NCBI GenBank assembly: GCA_044229845.1
Contig: JBGASG010000008.1
Coordinates: 32,001 to 96,000, forward strand
DNA: 64,000 nucleotides
Origin: Candidatus Obscuribacteraceae bacterium
GTDB taxonomy: Bacteria; Cyanobacteriota; Vampirovibrionia; Obscuribacterales; Obscuribacteraceae
Direction of reading: 5' to 3'
A program made the translations under genes and the position numbers. Positions 49,000-59,942 of this stretch are shown here, piece by piece (position 1 is the first letter of the stretch; every line of letters begins with the position of its first letter). The notes below the pieces were generated by a model. It searched no databases. It was not told the DNA's origin and saw only the letters and a list, made by a program, of their open reading frames with translations.

Positions 49000-51231
49000 T
49001 TGAGTCACGACTCCACCGACTATCATCTCGGCGGTGCCGCCAGATCCAATCTGGCGGTCGGATCGCTGCTCGATAGTAAGTACGAGATTCGGGCTTTCCT
49101 GGGCAGCGGCGGCATGGGCGCCGTCTACCAGGCGTACCACAGTGAACTGGATCACGATGTCGCGATCAAAGTTTTGCATGGTCAGGCAGCCGACGATCCT
49201 GACTCAGTGAAAAGATTTCAGCGCGAGGCGCACATCATTTCTGAATTGCGCCACAAGCGCATCCTGTCGGTTTATGCGTTCGGAGCATTGAAATCGCTGA
49301 TTTACATGGCGATGGAGTATCTACCTGGTCAGTCGCTGGCAGCCATGATCGCCGACAGGGGTCCACTCAAGGTGGAGCGGGCAGCTCCGATTTTGTTGCA
49401 AATCTGCGAAGCGATGAGCTACGCACATGCCCAACACGTCTTGCACCGCGACTTGAAACCTTCCAATGTGATCGTCCTCAACTCTCGAGACCCAGATGCC
49501 GAGCCATCCATCAAGGTGGTTGACTTCGGGTTGGCACGGCTGGTCGGAGTCGGCGAACAAAGACTGACGCAGACGGGAGATGTACTGGGCGATCCCAATT
49601 ACATGAGCCCCGAACAATGCCAGGGCAGACAGCTTGATGAGCGATCCGACATCTATTCCTTCGGATGTTTGATGTACGAAGTTCTCACCGGTAAACCGCC
49701 GTTTCTTGGAGAATCGTCTGTGGCATCGCTCTTCAAGCAAATCTCCGATGCGCCCCCGCCATTTCCACCTGAATGTGCCGTACCGTCAGCCTGGCAAGCC
49801 ATTACACTCACCTGCCTCTGCAAAGATCCGGCGCAGCGGTACCAGTCGTTTCAAGAAGTGGCTGACCTGATCAAGCAGGCAATCGCCAACCCGCGCATCA
49901 CTGTCCAATTGCCGGTCAACAAGCAACAAGCCGAAATGGGGCGCAAATGGAAGCTGATTGCAGTCCCTCTGGTGATAGCGGTGCTGGTCGGTGCCCTCAC
50001 CATCGGAATACTCTACGCAAACTACAAGCGTCAGCAGAAGGAGAGCGAGCAATCGCAACTCGAAGAGCCTATCAGGCGCCTTAACTACCGCTTGCACAAC
50101 ACGCTGGTGTCAACGCAGAACTTCGAGCCCAATACCAGAAGTGACGCCGAACAGTTGATGAAACTGGCGAAGAAACTCAAGAAAGGCGAAGATTACGCGT
50201 TCGGCGCCTACATGCTGGCCCGCTACTACTCGATCATCAAAGCCGACCAGCAGCGCGCCATGCAGCTGGTAAATGAAGCGCTCAGCACCGACGATCTCAA
50301 AGGCGAAGACAGACTGGCGGCCACATGGTTCGCCTCCACCACTGCCACCAGTCTGCACGACCATCAGACAGCTGAAAAGCGGCTGGCCGAGCTGTTCTAC
50401 CAGCCCCACGGAGAGCGCTGGATGCACGAGTATCGAGATCATATCAGGGAGGATGTGATCGCCAACAAGTTCGCTCTCGGTAAAGACAAGGAGGCGCTCG
50501 CCATTTGCCGGCAAGTCTACGCCGAAAACGCAGTGGGCAAGCCGGAGGCCAATCCACTCAACCACGCAAAGATGGCCAGAGAGCTGGCTAGTTATGCCAT
50601 GGCGAAGCAAGACTACGCAGAGGCGGATAAGTATCTGAGCACGGTCAACCCCCTGATCTGCGTGCAAGCCGACAACGTCGAACCCGTAGTCAGTTGCATG
50701 GTGACTCTGTACAGCAAGCAAGACCGCATGCAGGAACTGAAAACCCTCGTGCGCAAAATCATGAACAACGAGAAGCTGAACGATTATCGCGGTGCGATGT
50801 TCCTGTATCAGACGATATGCACCCTGATCGAAGACAATCGCCTGGCTGACGCATCACACTACGCCAATCAGATGGTGGCTCTCTCCAGCTTTACCAACGA
50901 CGTGGACAAACAATCTATGGTCGCGTACGCCGAGCTGGCTAAGCTGCGAATTGCGATAAAGGAAGGAAAGCACGATCTGGCGGTCCGGCAGGGGAAGCAA
51001 CTTTTCCAGACTTGTAAACAAAGCGGTTTGGATGGGGTAGCTGTAACCACGCTAGACCTCTTGCAGCCGCTCCTGACGCCTGAGGAAACATCACAAATGA
51101 AAGCCCAGCTCGATGTTCTACAGAAGCAGGAAGACCAAAAGCGTGACGCGGTGAAGCACAAGGAGGAAGTCCAGAGAGATGCGGCGGAGGCAGCATGGGA
51201 TAAATCTGCGGCAGCAAAAGGGGACCGGTGA
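49000..51231 (+). CDS. Hanks-type Ser/Thr kinase, TM segment, helical C-terminal domain (3 of 5)
   Basis: GSGGMG, HRDLKPSN, DFG, YMSPEQ. Confidence 0.93.
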   Translation: MSHDSTDYHLGGAARSNLAVGSLLDSKYEIRAFLGSGGMGAVYQAYHSELDHDVAIKVLHGQAADDPDSVKRFQREAHIISELRHKRILSVYAFGALKSLIYMAMEYLPGQSLAAMIADRGPLKVERAAPILLQICEAMSYAHAQHVLHRDLKPSNVIVLNSRDPDAEPSIKVVDFGLARLVGVGEQRLTQTGDVLGDPNYMSPEQCQGRQLDERSDIYSFGCLMYEVLTGKPPFLGESSVASLFKQISDAPPPFPPECAVPSAWQAITLTCLCKDPAQRYQSFQEVADLIKQAIANPRITVQLPVNKQQAEMGRKWKLIAVPLVIAVLVGALTIGILYANYKRQQKESEQSQLEEPIRRLNYRLHNTLVSTQNFEPNTRSDAEQLMKLAKKLKKGEDYAFGAYMLARYYSIIKADQQRAMQLVNEALSTDDLKGEDRLAATWFASTTATSLHDHQTAEKRLAELFYQPHGERWMHEYRDHIREDVIANKFALGKDKEALAICRQVYAENAVGKPEANPLNHAKMARELASYAMAKQDYAEADKYLSTVNPLICVQADNVEPVVSCMVTLYSKQDRMQELKTLVRKIMNNEKLNDYRGAMFLYQTICTLIEDNRLADASHYANQMVALSSFTNDVDKQSMVAYAELAKLRIAIKEGKHDLAVRQGKQLFQTCKQSGLDGVAVTTLDLLQPLLTPEETSQMKAQLDVLQKQEDQKRDAVKHKEEVQRDAAEAAWDKSAAAKGDR

Positions 51232-51283
51232 CTACAGGAAGCAGGTAGGATAGAGAAGGTCTCAATCGTCCAGGAAACTGAGC

Positions 51284-53362
51284 ATGACTGACCAGCTAGA
51301 CAACCAGAATTACATCTCTGATGACGATGCGGACGCCACCGCCTCGACCCTGCTGGCAATCGGCACGATACTCGACGGCAAGTATCAGATCACTGCGTTC
51401 GTCGGACATGGCGGCATGGGCTCGGTGTACAAGGCTCGCCATTTGGAGATCGGCAACGACGTCGCCATCAAAATCTTGCTGCCCAAAGTAGCGATTGATC
51501 AAGAAGCGGTGCGGCGGTTTCAGATGGAAGCACGCACGATTGCCCGATTGCGACACAAGAATATTCTCACCGTTTTCGCCTTCGGCTCATTCGAAGGGTT
51601 GACGTACATGGCAATGGAATTCATCAAAGGTGAGTCTCTATCTGAGCTGATATTCGAAAATGGTCCCATGGAGCCGCGGCTCGCCATCCCGCTTTTGCTG
51701 CAAATCTGCCAGGGCATGACTTACGCGCATCATAACGGTGTGCTGCACCGCGACCTGAAACCGGCCAACGTGGTCATTCTCACGCCCGGCGTCATCGATC
51801 CTGCCGCCGTCACCACATCTGATATCGACACCATCACCGGTGGCGGTCCGTCGGTCAAAGTGGTCGACTTCGGATTAGCGAAAATTCTTGACGGCGACGA
51901 AGTGCAGAAGCTCACGCAGACCGGACAGGTGGTCGGCGATCCCAATTACATGAGTCCCGAGCAGTGTCAGGGGCACAACCTCGATAAGCGCTCGGACATC
52001 TACTCAATGGGTTGCCTGATGTATGAATTGTTCTCAGGCGAGAAACCATTCCCGGATGACAATCCAGTCACGATTCTTTTTAAGCAGGTAACGAATGATC
52101 CGCAACCCTTCGCAAATCAGAAACACCTGTCTCCGACACTGGAAGCCATCACTTTCACTTGCATGGCTAAAGACCCGGCCGACCGGTACGATTCATTCGA
52201 CGCGCTCGCCCACGTGCTGCAACAGTATCTCGAGAATCCCAGCCTCAGACTGAAGGCGCCCTCGCTCAGGCACCGCTACGGGCACCACCGCTCAAAGTTG
52301 ATCTGGGGAGCCATCTTCACTTTGATCATCGGTGCAGTCGCCACGGTGTCCTGGCTTTATTTCTACAACGCCAAGAAAGCCGAGAAAGAGCAGGCGGCAA
52401 TCGCACGCGAAGAAAAGCTGCACTTCCTGCTTTCCGAGGAGCGCAAACGCACAAAGCCACCCACCATTGACGAAGCTCAGGCACTGGTGAAACTGGCGGA
52501 ACAATCGGCAGATCGCGGAGCTTTGGCGCAATCGCGCGCGATGTTAGCGGACATTCTGGCAGCCAACACCAGGTATGACGAGGCATACGCGGTGGCAGTC
52601 GAGGCCCTGAACATGCCGGAACTACCTCAATACATCAAACCACAAACCCGCCATAACGCCGCTTATAGCGCGTTTGTCCTGCACCGTTATCCGGAAGCGT
52701 CCTACCATTACCGCCTGATCTATCAGAGCATCCGCCAGGCTCGCTACAATCCCACACCCGAACAAGGCTCGGTCGTCCACAATCTGACGACGTCCTTGCT
52801 GGCACAAAACAAGCTGGCCGAAGCTGAAGCGATCATGGCCGATCTCGATCCCAAATGGATAGAACGCAACGGCGTGCTCAACCGAGGACTGCTCTTGCAA
52901 ATCGAACTGTGGGGGAGAAAGGGCAACGCCACAGAATTGGACTCGCTGCGAAAGCAGGTCTTGGGGAGCAAACTCAACGACAAAGACAAGTCTTATGTGC
53001 TGCTCAACATTGCCACGCAACTGCTCAACTGCCGAGACATGCAGGCTGCGCGTATCGCCATCGCTGACTATCGGAGATTGGGTTCATCGCCGCAACTGGA
53101 TCAAAGCGAATCGCATAACCGATTGCGCGTTCTGGAATATAATCTTGAGCTGGTGAGCAGGACGGGTCCACAGTCGTTGCAAACAGGACAGGCTCTGTTT
53201 GCGGAGCAAGAGAAGAAGCCGACCGATCTCTGGTCCATCCAAACCTGCGGAAGTCTATACAAAGAAGACTTGCTGCGCAACGGACAAAAAGATCAAGCAG
53301 CAGCTCTGGACTCACGTATAGAAAAAAGTGTGATGACATCTCTTCACAACGCACATGGATGA
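51284..53362 (+). CDS. Hanks-type Ser/Thr kinase, TM segment, helical C-terminal domain (4 of 5)
   Basis: GHGGMG, HRDLKPAN, DFG, YMSPEQ. Confidence 0.93.
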   Translation: MTDQLDNQNYISDDDADATASTLLAIGTILDGKYQITAFVGHGGMGSVYKARHLEIGNDVAIKILLPKVAIDQEAVRRFQMEARTIARLRHKNILTVFAFGSFEGLTYMAMEFIKGESLSELIFENGPMEPRLAIPLLLQICQGMTYAHHNGVLHRDLKPANVVILTPGVIDPAAVTTSDIDTITGGGPSVKVVDFGLAKILDGDEVQKLTQTGQVVGDPNYMSPEQCQGHNLDKRSDIYSMGCLMYELFSGEKPFPDDNPVTILFKQVTNDPQPFANQKHLSPTLEAITFTCMAKDPADRYDSFDALAHVLQQYLENPSLRLKAPSLRHRYGHHRSKLIWGAIFTLIIGAVATVSWLYFYNAKKAEKEQAAIAREEKLHFLLSEERKRTKPPTIDEAQALVKLAEQSADRGALAQSRAMLADILAANTRYDEAYAVAVEALNMPELPQYIKPQTRHNAAYSAFVLHRYPEASYHYRLIYQSIRQARYNPTPEQGSVVHNLTTSLLAQNKLAEAEAIMADLDPKWIERNGVLNRGLLLQIELWGRKGNATELDSLRKQVLGSKLNDKDKSYVLLNIATQLLNCRDMQAARIAIADYRRLGSSPQLDQSESHNRLRVLEYNLELVSRTGPQSLQTGQALFAEQEKKPTDLWSIQTCGSLYKEDLLRNGQKDQAAALDSRIEKSVMTSLHNAHG

Positions 53363-55349
53363 TCACGCGGGAAATGTCCCCGACTATACAGATCAGGACG
53401 TGCCGCCGCTGCACGTTGGTACGGTGCTGGACGGTAAGTACAAACTCGTCGAATTCATCGGCATCGGCGGCATGGGCTCCGTGTACCGAGCTCGCCATCT
53501 GGACTTAGGAAATGATGTCGCCATCAAATTCTTGCACCCACGTTTCGCCGCGGATCCGGCAGCCGTCAAAAGATTTCAACGCGAAGCCCGCATCATTTCC
53601 GGACTGCGTAACAACAATATTTTGTCTGTCTTCGCATTCGGCAATTTTGAAGGGCATGTCTACATGTCGATGGAATACATCCAGGGCAAGTCGCTACGCG
53701 CACTGATCGCTGAAAACGGTCCACTGACGCCTGCGCAAGCAATTCCACTCCTGACGCAAATCTGCGACGCCATGACGCACGCCCATGCAAATGATGTCTT
53801 GCATCGTGACTTGAAACCGGACAACGCCCTTGCGGTTACCGAGGCAGATGGAAAGCAAGTTGTGAAAGTAGTGGACTTCGGACTGGCAAAACTTCTGGAC
53901 GGCACCGAAGGACAGCGTCTCACCGCCACCGGCGATGTGCTCGGTGATCCCAACTACATGAGTCCTGAACAATGTCAGGGCAAAGAACTGGACGCGCGTT
54001 CCGACATCTATTCCATGGGCTGTCTCATGTACGAAATCTTCACCGGCGAGCCGCCGTTTCTATCAGACAGTCCAGTCGCCACCATGTACAAGCATCTGGC
54101 GGACGCCCCGCCGGCTTTTGCCCAGAAGCAAAAACTGCCTGAAGCCATAGAGGCAATCACGATGCGCGCGCTAGCCAAAACACCCGAGCAGCGCTACGAC
54201 TCATTTGCCGAATTAAAAGATCAACTGCAGGATTTTTCCGCCCATCCGGAGAAGAAAGTAAAAGCACCAGGCAATACAGCGCGACAACGTTCTGCAATTT
54301 CCGCAAAGTCTGCTCTGGCAATCGTGGCAGTCACCACGTGCGCCGTCGGCATCGCTGCGGTAGCTTGGTCTTACTGGAACGGTCGCATGGGTTCGGAGCG
54401 CGAACTGCTGCGCGAACAACTGACCGAAAACCTGAAAGCTATCGACCCCGATCTGCCGGGTCCTTATCAATATCCTTCAGATGCAAAGGTAGGCGAAGCA
54501 TTGAGGATATCGGAGAAGCTCGGGGACGAAACAGCCAATCTGACCGCCAGGCTGGCACAAGCAAAAATGTGCAGTTTTAACGGGCAAATGTCGTTCGGCA
54601 TTCGGGTCGCCGAAGATGCGTTGAAGCGCCCGGACTTAACCAACAAGCGGCGAGCTCAGTTTACCGAGCTGCTGGGCAAGATGTATTTCTACAACGGCAA
54701 TTACGCCGCCTGCGACCGCGTGCTGACCCCGCTGCTGAACGACTCTTCTTTGTTTACCATGCTCGAGAGTGGACGCGATAACTTCGCCTATGTACTGGTT
54801 GCTGCACGTGTTAGATCGGGGAAGTCAGCCGAGGCAGAGAAAGTCGTTCCATTCATGCGACACCGTGCAATGCCAAGCGTATCAGCGATCAATCTGGAAG
54901 CGCTCGCCCTGGGAGAACTTTTGTGCCACCAGAAAAATTTCGTCAAAGCAGAGAAGGTGATGAATCGCACTCTCACCGATACACTTAACGACTTGAGCAC
55001 TGCCACCATTCTCGAAAGTTTCGCGCGCTGGTTTTCAGATAACGGCGATCTAGCCCGAGCACGCAGCGTTCACGAACGCATGGCGGCACTGGCATCAGCA
55101 AATGGTTCACTGTACCTGCGACAGAGGGCAGCAGCTACCGGTCTTTACGTTACCGCGCACAGCAACTCACGCGCGGAGTTGCTCAAAGATTCGCAGGCTC
55201 TTTTCGAACAAGTGAAGAAACCACCTGTCACCCTCAGTGTTCTTGGGGATGTCGCGAAGATTTATCAGCAAGCGCTGAAAGCCGACGGCAGAGTTGATGA
55301 GGCACGCAAGGTAAAATCCGAAGTCGAATCAATCGCCGAAGGATTGTGA
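53355..55349 (+). CDS. Hanks-type Ser/Thr kinase, TM segment, helical C-terminal domain (5 of 5)
   Basis: GIGGMG, HRDLKPDN, DFG, YMSPEQ. Confidence 0.93.
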   Translation: MDDHAGNVPDYTDQDVPPLHVGTVLDGKYKLVEFIGIGGMGSVYRARHLDLGNDVAIKFLHPRFAADPAAVKRFQREARIISGLRNNNILSVFAFGNFEGHVYMSMEYIQGKSLRALIAENGPLTPAQAIPLLTQICDAMTHAHANDVLHRDLKPDNALAVTEADGKQVVKVVDFGLAKLLDGTEGQRLTATGDVLGDPNYMSPEQCQGKELDARSDIYSMGCLMYEIFTGEPPFLSDSPVATMYKHLADAPPAFAQKQKLPEAIEAITMRALAKTPEQRYDSFAELKDQLQDFSAHPEKKVKAPGNTARQRSAISAKSALAIVAVTTCAVGIAAVAWSYWNGRMGSERELLREQLTENLKAIDPDLPGPYQYPSDAKVGEALRISEKLGDETANLTARLAQAKMCSFNGQMSFGIRVAEDALKRPDLTNKRRAQFTELLGKMYFYNGNYAACDRVLTPLLNDSSLFTMLESGRDNFAYVLVAARVRSGKSAEAEKVVPFMRHRAMPSVSAINLEALALGELLCHQKNFVKAEKVMNRTLTDTLNDLSTATILESFARWFSDNGDLARARSVHERMAALASANGSLYLRQRAAATGLYVTAHSNSRAELLKDSQALFEQVKKPPVTLSVLGDVAKIYQQALKADGRVDEARKVKSEVESIAEGL

Positions 55350-57038
55350 CTGCATCTGCAAGAGAAAAGCGCTATCTTCCATAGCGGCGGCTTCAGCCGG
55401 CATATCAACCGCGCGATCGATTTCGGCTGCCACCACAAAAGCATCCAGCCCGGTCGGTCTAACTTTGAAAGCATCCAAAGAATCTTTGCGAGCATTACCC
55501 CATGCCGACTGGCAAGCAAGAGCCATGGCACGAGTGGCGCGGGTCGAATGTTGTTCGTTTACTCCGGCGTGCTCCACGGCGTAGGAGAAATCATTCAACG
55601 CAGCCGGTCGATCGCCAAGCTTGAAGTAGATCATCCCACGCAGACTGTACTCGCCCGCTGAGTTGGGAAGCATTGCCAGAGCTCGATTGCAATCACTTAG
55701 CGCTTCCTGATACTTCTTCATGCGAAATAGAGCGTTTGCCCTCAACAAATACAGCATCTGATTTTTAGGATCTTCGGCAATCGCGCGCGAAGCTGCCTGA
55801 GCAGCCAGCGGAAAGTTGCCCGCCATCTGGGCAGTCTCCGATCTGACCCGCCAATAACGCGGAGAACCGCCGCTTTTCTCAGCTTCCGGATAGGCAATCC
55901 ACCGCAGAGCTTCGTCCAGGTGCGCATCCTGCACAAAAACCTCGGCGAGCGTCGCTCTCATTTCAAGATCTTGCGGATGTCGTTCCAGATAAGTCTCCAT
56001 CAGCCCCTCGGCAGAACTGACATTACGCTGAAGACGGTAAGCAACAACCATTTGGTTGACTGCCCCGGCGTTAAACTGGTAATCACGGATTTGTTTGATA
56101 TACCTCATAGCCTCAGCGGTCTCGTTGAGGTTGGAGCTTACATCGGCCGCTTCGATCAGCCATTCCGGATCCGATTGTGTCGCTCGCAACAACCATTGCA
56201 CGCAGTCGCGCGCACGTTTGTTGTCTTTCACCTGTCGAAACGAACGGTACAACTGTTGCATCGTGTACGCAAAGTCCTCCGGTGGATGTCCCTGCAAATA
56301 CAGCCGCTCTGTTCGGCTGAAGTGATCATCCAGCATCCGCAGACACTTGCCCGGCTCTCGCTTTTGGTATAGGTTGGCATGCTCGACATGATACCAACCG
56401 GGACAATCGGCGAGTTTTTCCGCAGCCGAAAACTGTTCGTCCGCCTTTTCTATGTCACCCATGTCCGCGTAAACGCGAGCAAGTTCCATGTGCATGTTTG
56501 GGAAGACGAACTTAGGCTCGCGCAGCTTTTCAGTGGCCAGTCGAGCCGCCTCCTGATACCGGCGCATGCCACGCAGGACGCCGACTTTAGCCGCATACGC
56601 GTCGCGCTGCCCAGTAGAGCCAGCCGTTTTGATTGCCAGGTTTACATCGGCTAGCGCTCCGTCCTGGTCGCCGAGACTGCAACGCATGTTGGCGCGGTGT
56701 AGATATGCAGACCAGAACTTAGGATTGTGGGCCAACAACCGCGAAAGACTGTCGATGCCATCTTTGGAATTCCCTGACCAAAATATGCACAGCGCCCGGC
56801 GTTCGAGAGCGTCGTCGTCCCTGGGATTGCGCTTCAAATACTGGTCATAGTGCTGAACGGCGAGAGCGTTTTGCAGTGCAAGCCGTTCCTTTTCAGCTTG
56901 CTTCCAGACCGAGTCATTGTTTCTTCTTTGCACGAAATTTGCAGTGGCACCATCCCCGGTGCTGATCGCCGGCGCCGCAAAAAGGCAAGTTGCTGATGCA
57001 ACAATGAAAGCCGAACGAATTAACCGTGTGCCGTTCAT
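55329..57038 (-). CDS. Exported tetratricopeptide-repeat protein
   Basis: Signal peptide; TPR motifs (AYLHRA..., YQEALSDCNRAL, YSLRG.IY..LG). Confidence 0.85.
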   Translation of the reverse strand: MNGTRLIRSAFIVASATCLFAAPAISTGDGATANFVQRRNNDSVWKQAEKERLALQNALAVQHYDQYLKRNPRDDDALERRALCIFWSGNSKDGIDSLSRLLAHNPKFWSAYLHRANMRCSLGDQDGALADVNLAIKTAGSTGQRDAYAAKVGVLRGMRRYQEAARLATEKLREPKFVFPNMHMELARVYADMGDIEKADEQFSAAEKLADCPGWYHVEHANLYQKREPGKCLRMLDDHFSRTERLYLQGHPPEDFAYTMQQLYRSFRQVKDNKRARDCVQWLLRATQSDPEWLIEAADVSSNLNETAEAMRYIKQIRDYQFNAGAVNQMVVAYRLQRNVSSAEGLMETYLERHPQDLEMRATLAEVFVQDAHLDEALRWIAYPEAEKSGGSPRYWRVRSETAQMAGNFPLAAQAASRAIAEDPKNQMLYLLRANALFRMKKYQEALSDCNRALAMLPNSAGEYSLRGMIYFKLGDRPAALNDFSYAVEHAGVNEQHSTRATRAMALACQSAWGNARKDSLDAFKVRPTGLDAFVVAAEIDRAVDMPAEAAAMEDSAFLLQMQSQSFGD

Positions 57039-57083
57039 GGGAGAGATATGCCCGGCTGAACAGCGTTCTACCCGGCTACGACT

Positions 57084-57695
57084 TCAGTTTCGGGCAGCCA
57101 CACCGGACTTCAACTCGCGCTCGCAGAGGCGAGCCGCTGATGTCGCCAGGGCGGCGCCGATCTTTTTCACCTTATCCTGTTGTTTTGCATCTTTGAGGCT
57201 GCCGTCTTCGGCAAAAGCGTCGGAAGCAGAGCTGATGGCAATTTGATCAGGAATTACGGTCACCTGGATGTTGCCGAGAATAGAGCGCACGGTGACCAGT
57301 CCTCGCAAGCCGCCCAGTGCCCCGGGGCTGGCTGCCATAATCGCCGCGACTTTGCCCGTATAACAAGCCAGCATCGGCTCGCCCTTCTCGGAACGAGACA
57401 CCCAATCGATGGCATTCTTGAGAGCAGCACTGATGGAACTGTTGTATTCGGGCGAAGCAATCAACAATCCCTGATGCTCACGAAAGATTTGTTTCAACTT
57501 GAGCGCATTCTCCGGAATGCCATCCGCAGCCTCCAGATCGCCATCATAGATAGGCATCGGATAGTCGCGCAGGTCGATGTAAGTAACTTCAGCTCCGGCC
57601 TCTTCAGCGCCCTGTGCGGCTATCTTCACGAGCTTCTTGTTGAAAGAGTCTTTTCGCAGACTGCCGGCAAAAGCCAGAATCTTAGTCACTGCCAT
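57084..57695 (-). CDS. NADPH-dependent FMN reductase (ChrR/SsuE-like)
   Basis: AGSLRKDSFN, SPEYNSS, LKNAIDWVSR, ASPGALGG; GAGG RBS upstream of the ATG. Confidence 0.93.
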   Translation of the reverse strand: MAVTKILAFAGSLRKDSFNKKLVKIAAQGAEEAGAEVTYIDLRDYPMPIYDGDLEAADGIPENALKLKQIFREHQGLLIASPEYNSSISAALKNAIDWVSRSEKGEPMLACYTGKVAAIMAASPGALGGLRGLVTVRSILGNIQVTVIPDQIAISSASDAFAEDGSLKDAKQQDKVKKIGAALATSAARLCERELKSGVAARN

Positions 57696-57834
57696 CGTCA
57701 TATCCTCAAGCAAAGTTTGCAGGTCGACGAGTTTAACATGTCCAACCCCGCCCAAATGCGTATAGACATTGAAACACCACGTCCATCTCCCTGGAACAAC
57801 CGGATCAGGCTCCACCGAGCCGGAGGAACTTGCT

Positions 57835-58530
57835 ATGGGCACAGCAGCACGGTTCGACAGCGGCAGCGAGCAACGGCTCGCAGATGTCGAGTCATCAGTC
57901 AAGGTTCTGCACCCGGACATCAGACTCGAGATCAGGCAAGCGCAACTGGCGGCAGCCGACGATCCGGTGCAGCGCGGACTGAAGGCGTTCGAAAAAGTCG
58001 GTGCAGAAAACAAACTCAATCTGTCCGTCGAACAAATGGCAACTCTGAAAGTTCTGGAAACTGCTCTTTTGAAGGGCGACCTCGACACCATGGCTGCCAC
58101 CATCAAAAAGCTGAATGAGAATACAAAAGCAGCTTATCCGTTGTTGCAAGCCTTTCGTGATGATCTGTTCGCCGCCGGATTTGCCAACAGCGTCAGCGGC
58201 AACTACTCCGGATTGCAGCTCAACATATTTCGCCCGCTGTCTGATCCCCGCTCGGCAGGGATGGACTTCCTTGGCAGTTCTCGCTACGAGCAAATGCTTT
58301 CCATCGACCAGAATGGCGTCGCCACTGTTGATGCATACAGAAGGAGCCAAGAGCCGGGAGAGAAGGAGGAAGACGACTTCTCGGACCAACGATATTTCGA
58401 CTCGCTGCGCGACCGTCAAAGACTGCGCAATCCACACGCAGAGTTTAAGTCAATCGGACAGGATGCACTCTATTACCTGGAGAACAAGCGGCACAAGCCT
58501 CACGCACCGTTCGGCGAATTTGAAGCTTAG
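57835..58530 (+). CDS. Hypothetical protein
   Basis: 231-aa ORF with GGAGG RBS; no recognisable motif. Confidence 0.7.
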   Translation: MGTAARFDSGSEQRLADVESSVKVLHPDIRLEIRQAQLAAADDPVQRGLKAFEKVGAENKLNLSVEQMATLKVLETALLKGDLDTMAATIKKLNENTKAAYPLLQAFRDDLFAAGFANSVSGNYSGLQLNIFRPLSDPRSAGMDFLGSSRYEQMLSIDQNGVATVDAYRRSQEPGEKEEDDFSDQRYFDSLRDRQRLRNPHAEFKSIGQDALYYLENKRHKPHAPFGEFEA

Positions 58531-59942
58531 ATACTGGGCTCTTGCTTGCGCGGACCAATAAACTCGGCGGCACTGGCGGCATGCAGGAAAGTCGAACGCG
58601 GCGTGATCACCAGAGTGAAGTCACATGCCGGTCTGGCTTCCAGAGCGAGCACACTGGGCCAGCCCGTCAGGTCAGGCACCTTGCTGCGCATAGTGCCGCA
58701 CGAATACTCGTCGGCGCGTGCACTGTGCATCAAAATTTCTTCGTGCTGGCAATCGGTATCGGCAGCCGACCACTTGTAGCGCACCCAGTAGCCTTTGGCT
58801 TCCAACTCCTGAGCAATGGTCTCAGCTGCGTGCTCGCAGCCCCGCGGATAACGCAATGCCACCGACAGCTTGTGCGCGTTGGGACCGCGCCGCTGCGGTT
58901 TGACCGACGGTCCTGGATCGCTGCCGTCATCGACGACTGCAACTTGTGTGTACTCCGGCGGTGCGGTGCCGTCCACGAACGCGCCACCACCACTGATACC
59001 AAGAATCCGGCGAAACACAGCCTTGGACTGGTCGATATCAGGCGTCCAATAACTGATGCCCGAGATCATCTCCGGTGTGCCCGGCAAAGTCGCTGTCGTC
59101 ACCTGACTCGGTTCGATGTCCTTGCCGAATACGGCAATCTTCAACATGTCTTCGGGCGAGAGGTCTGTGCGCACGTATTCTTGCGAGAGCTTGATCATCT
59201 CCGGCAACTTCAGAACTATTTGCGGATCTTTGAGTTTGCGAGCGGCCTGGCGCAAGAACCACTGTTGACGCTCCATGCGACCGATATCGCCGGTGGCGTC
59301 ATGACGAAAGCGAATGTATTGCTCAACTTGTGCCGGTGTCAGTGTCTGCAGTCCGGGCTGCAAGTCGACATTCAGTTTGGCGCTGTGGTCGACGTAATGC
59401 ATTTCCTTCTCGACCAGCACTTCCACCGGTCCGATCAGTTCGCACAATCCTTTCAATCCCTGCGTATCAACACAGATGTAGTGATCGATCGGTACACCGA
59501 ACATTTCCACGAGAGTTTGCTTTGTCAGTTCGGGACCGCCGATGCTGTGGGCGGAATTGATTTTGTCGACGCCGTGAGAACCGGCGATCGGCACGTGCGT
59601 GTCACGGGGCACCGACACCAGTCCGACTTTTTTCTCAAAAGGATCCAGGCTGACCAGGATGATGGTGTCTGAACGTGTGCCAGTGAAACGCTCTGTATTG
59701 CGTCCGTTTGAATCGACGCCCAAAACAAGCAGCGTCATGCGCTCCGAGAGCGAAGGAAATATCTGCATCGAACCAAATGGCTGAGCCGGTGCGGAGGCTG
59801 ATTGGGTCGAGTCCTGATTGATGCCTGTGGCATGCGCCGTGTTCTTGTGTGTAACCGACAAGATGCCCACGCCGATCGCCACGCCAAGCATGATTGCCAA
59901 CGCGGTTTGCAAAATAAACAGCGGGCCTTGAGTACGCTTCAA
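58527..59942 (-). CDS. LCP (LytR-CpsA-Psr) family protein with C-terminal LytR_C-like domain
   Basis: LVLGVD, RSDTIIL, SVPRDT, KINSA, RFRHD..GDIGR.ERQQ. Confidence 0.93.
   Translation of the reverse strand: MKRTQGPLFILQTALAIMLGVAIGVGILSVTHKNTAHATGINQDSTQSASAPAQPFGSMQIFPSLSERMTLLVLGVDSNGRNTERFTGTRSDTIILVSLDPFEKKVGLVSVPRDTHVPIAGSHGVDKINSAHSIGGPELTKQTLVEMFGVPIDHYICVDTQGLKGLCELIGPVEVLVEKEMHYVDHSAKLNVDLQPGLQTLTPAQVEQYIRFRHDATGDIGRMERQQWFLRQAARKLKDPQIVLKLPEMIKLSQEYVRTDLSPEDMLKIAVFGKDIEPSQVTTATLPGTPEMISGISYWTPDIDQSKAVFRRILGISGGGAFVDGTAPPEYTQVAVVDDGSDPGPSVKPQRRGPNAHKLSVALRYPRGCEHAAETIAQELEAKGYWVRYKWSAADTDCQHEEILMHSARADEYSCGTMRSKVPDLTGWPSVLALEARPACDFTLVITPRSTFLHAASAAEFIGPRKQEPSI

Noticed and set aside
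57696..58106. N-terminal extension of the FMN reductase ORF (340 aa)
   Set aside because: Overlaps the opposite-strand gene; an RBS and family homology support a start near 57695.
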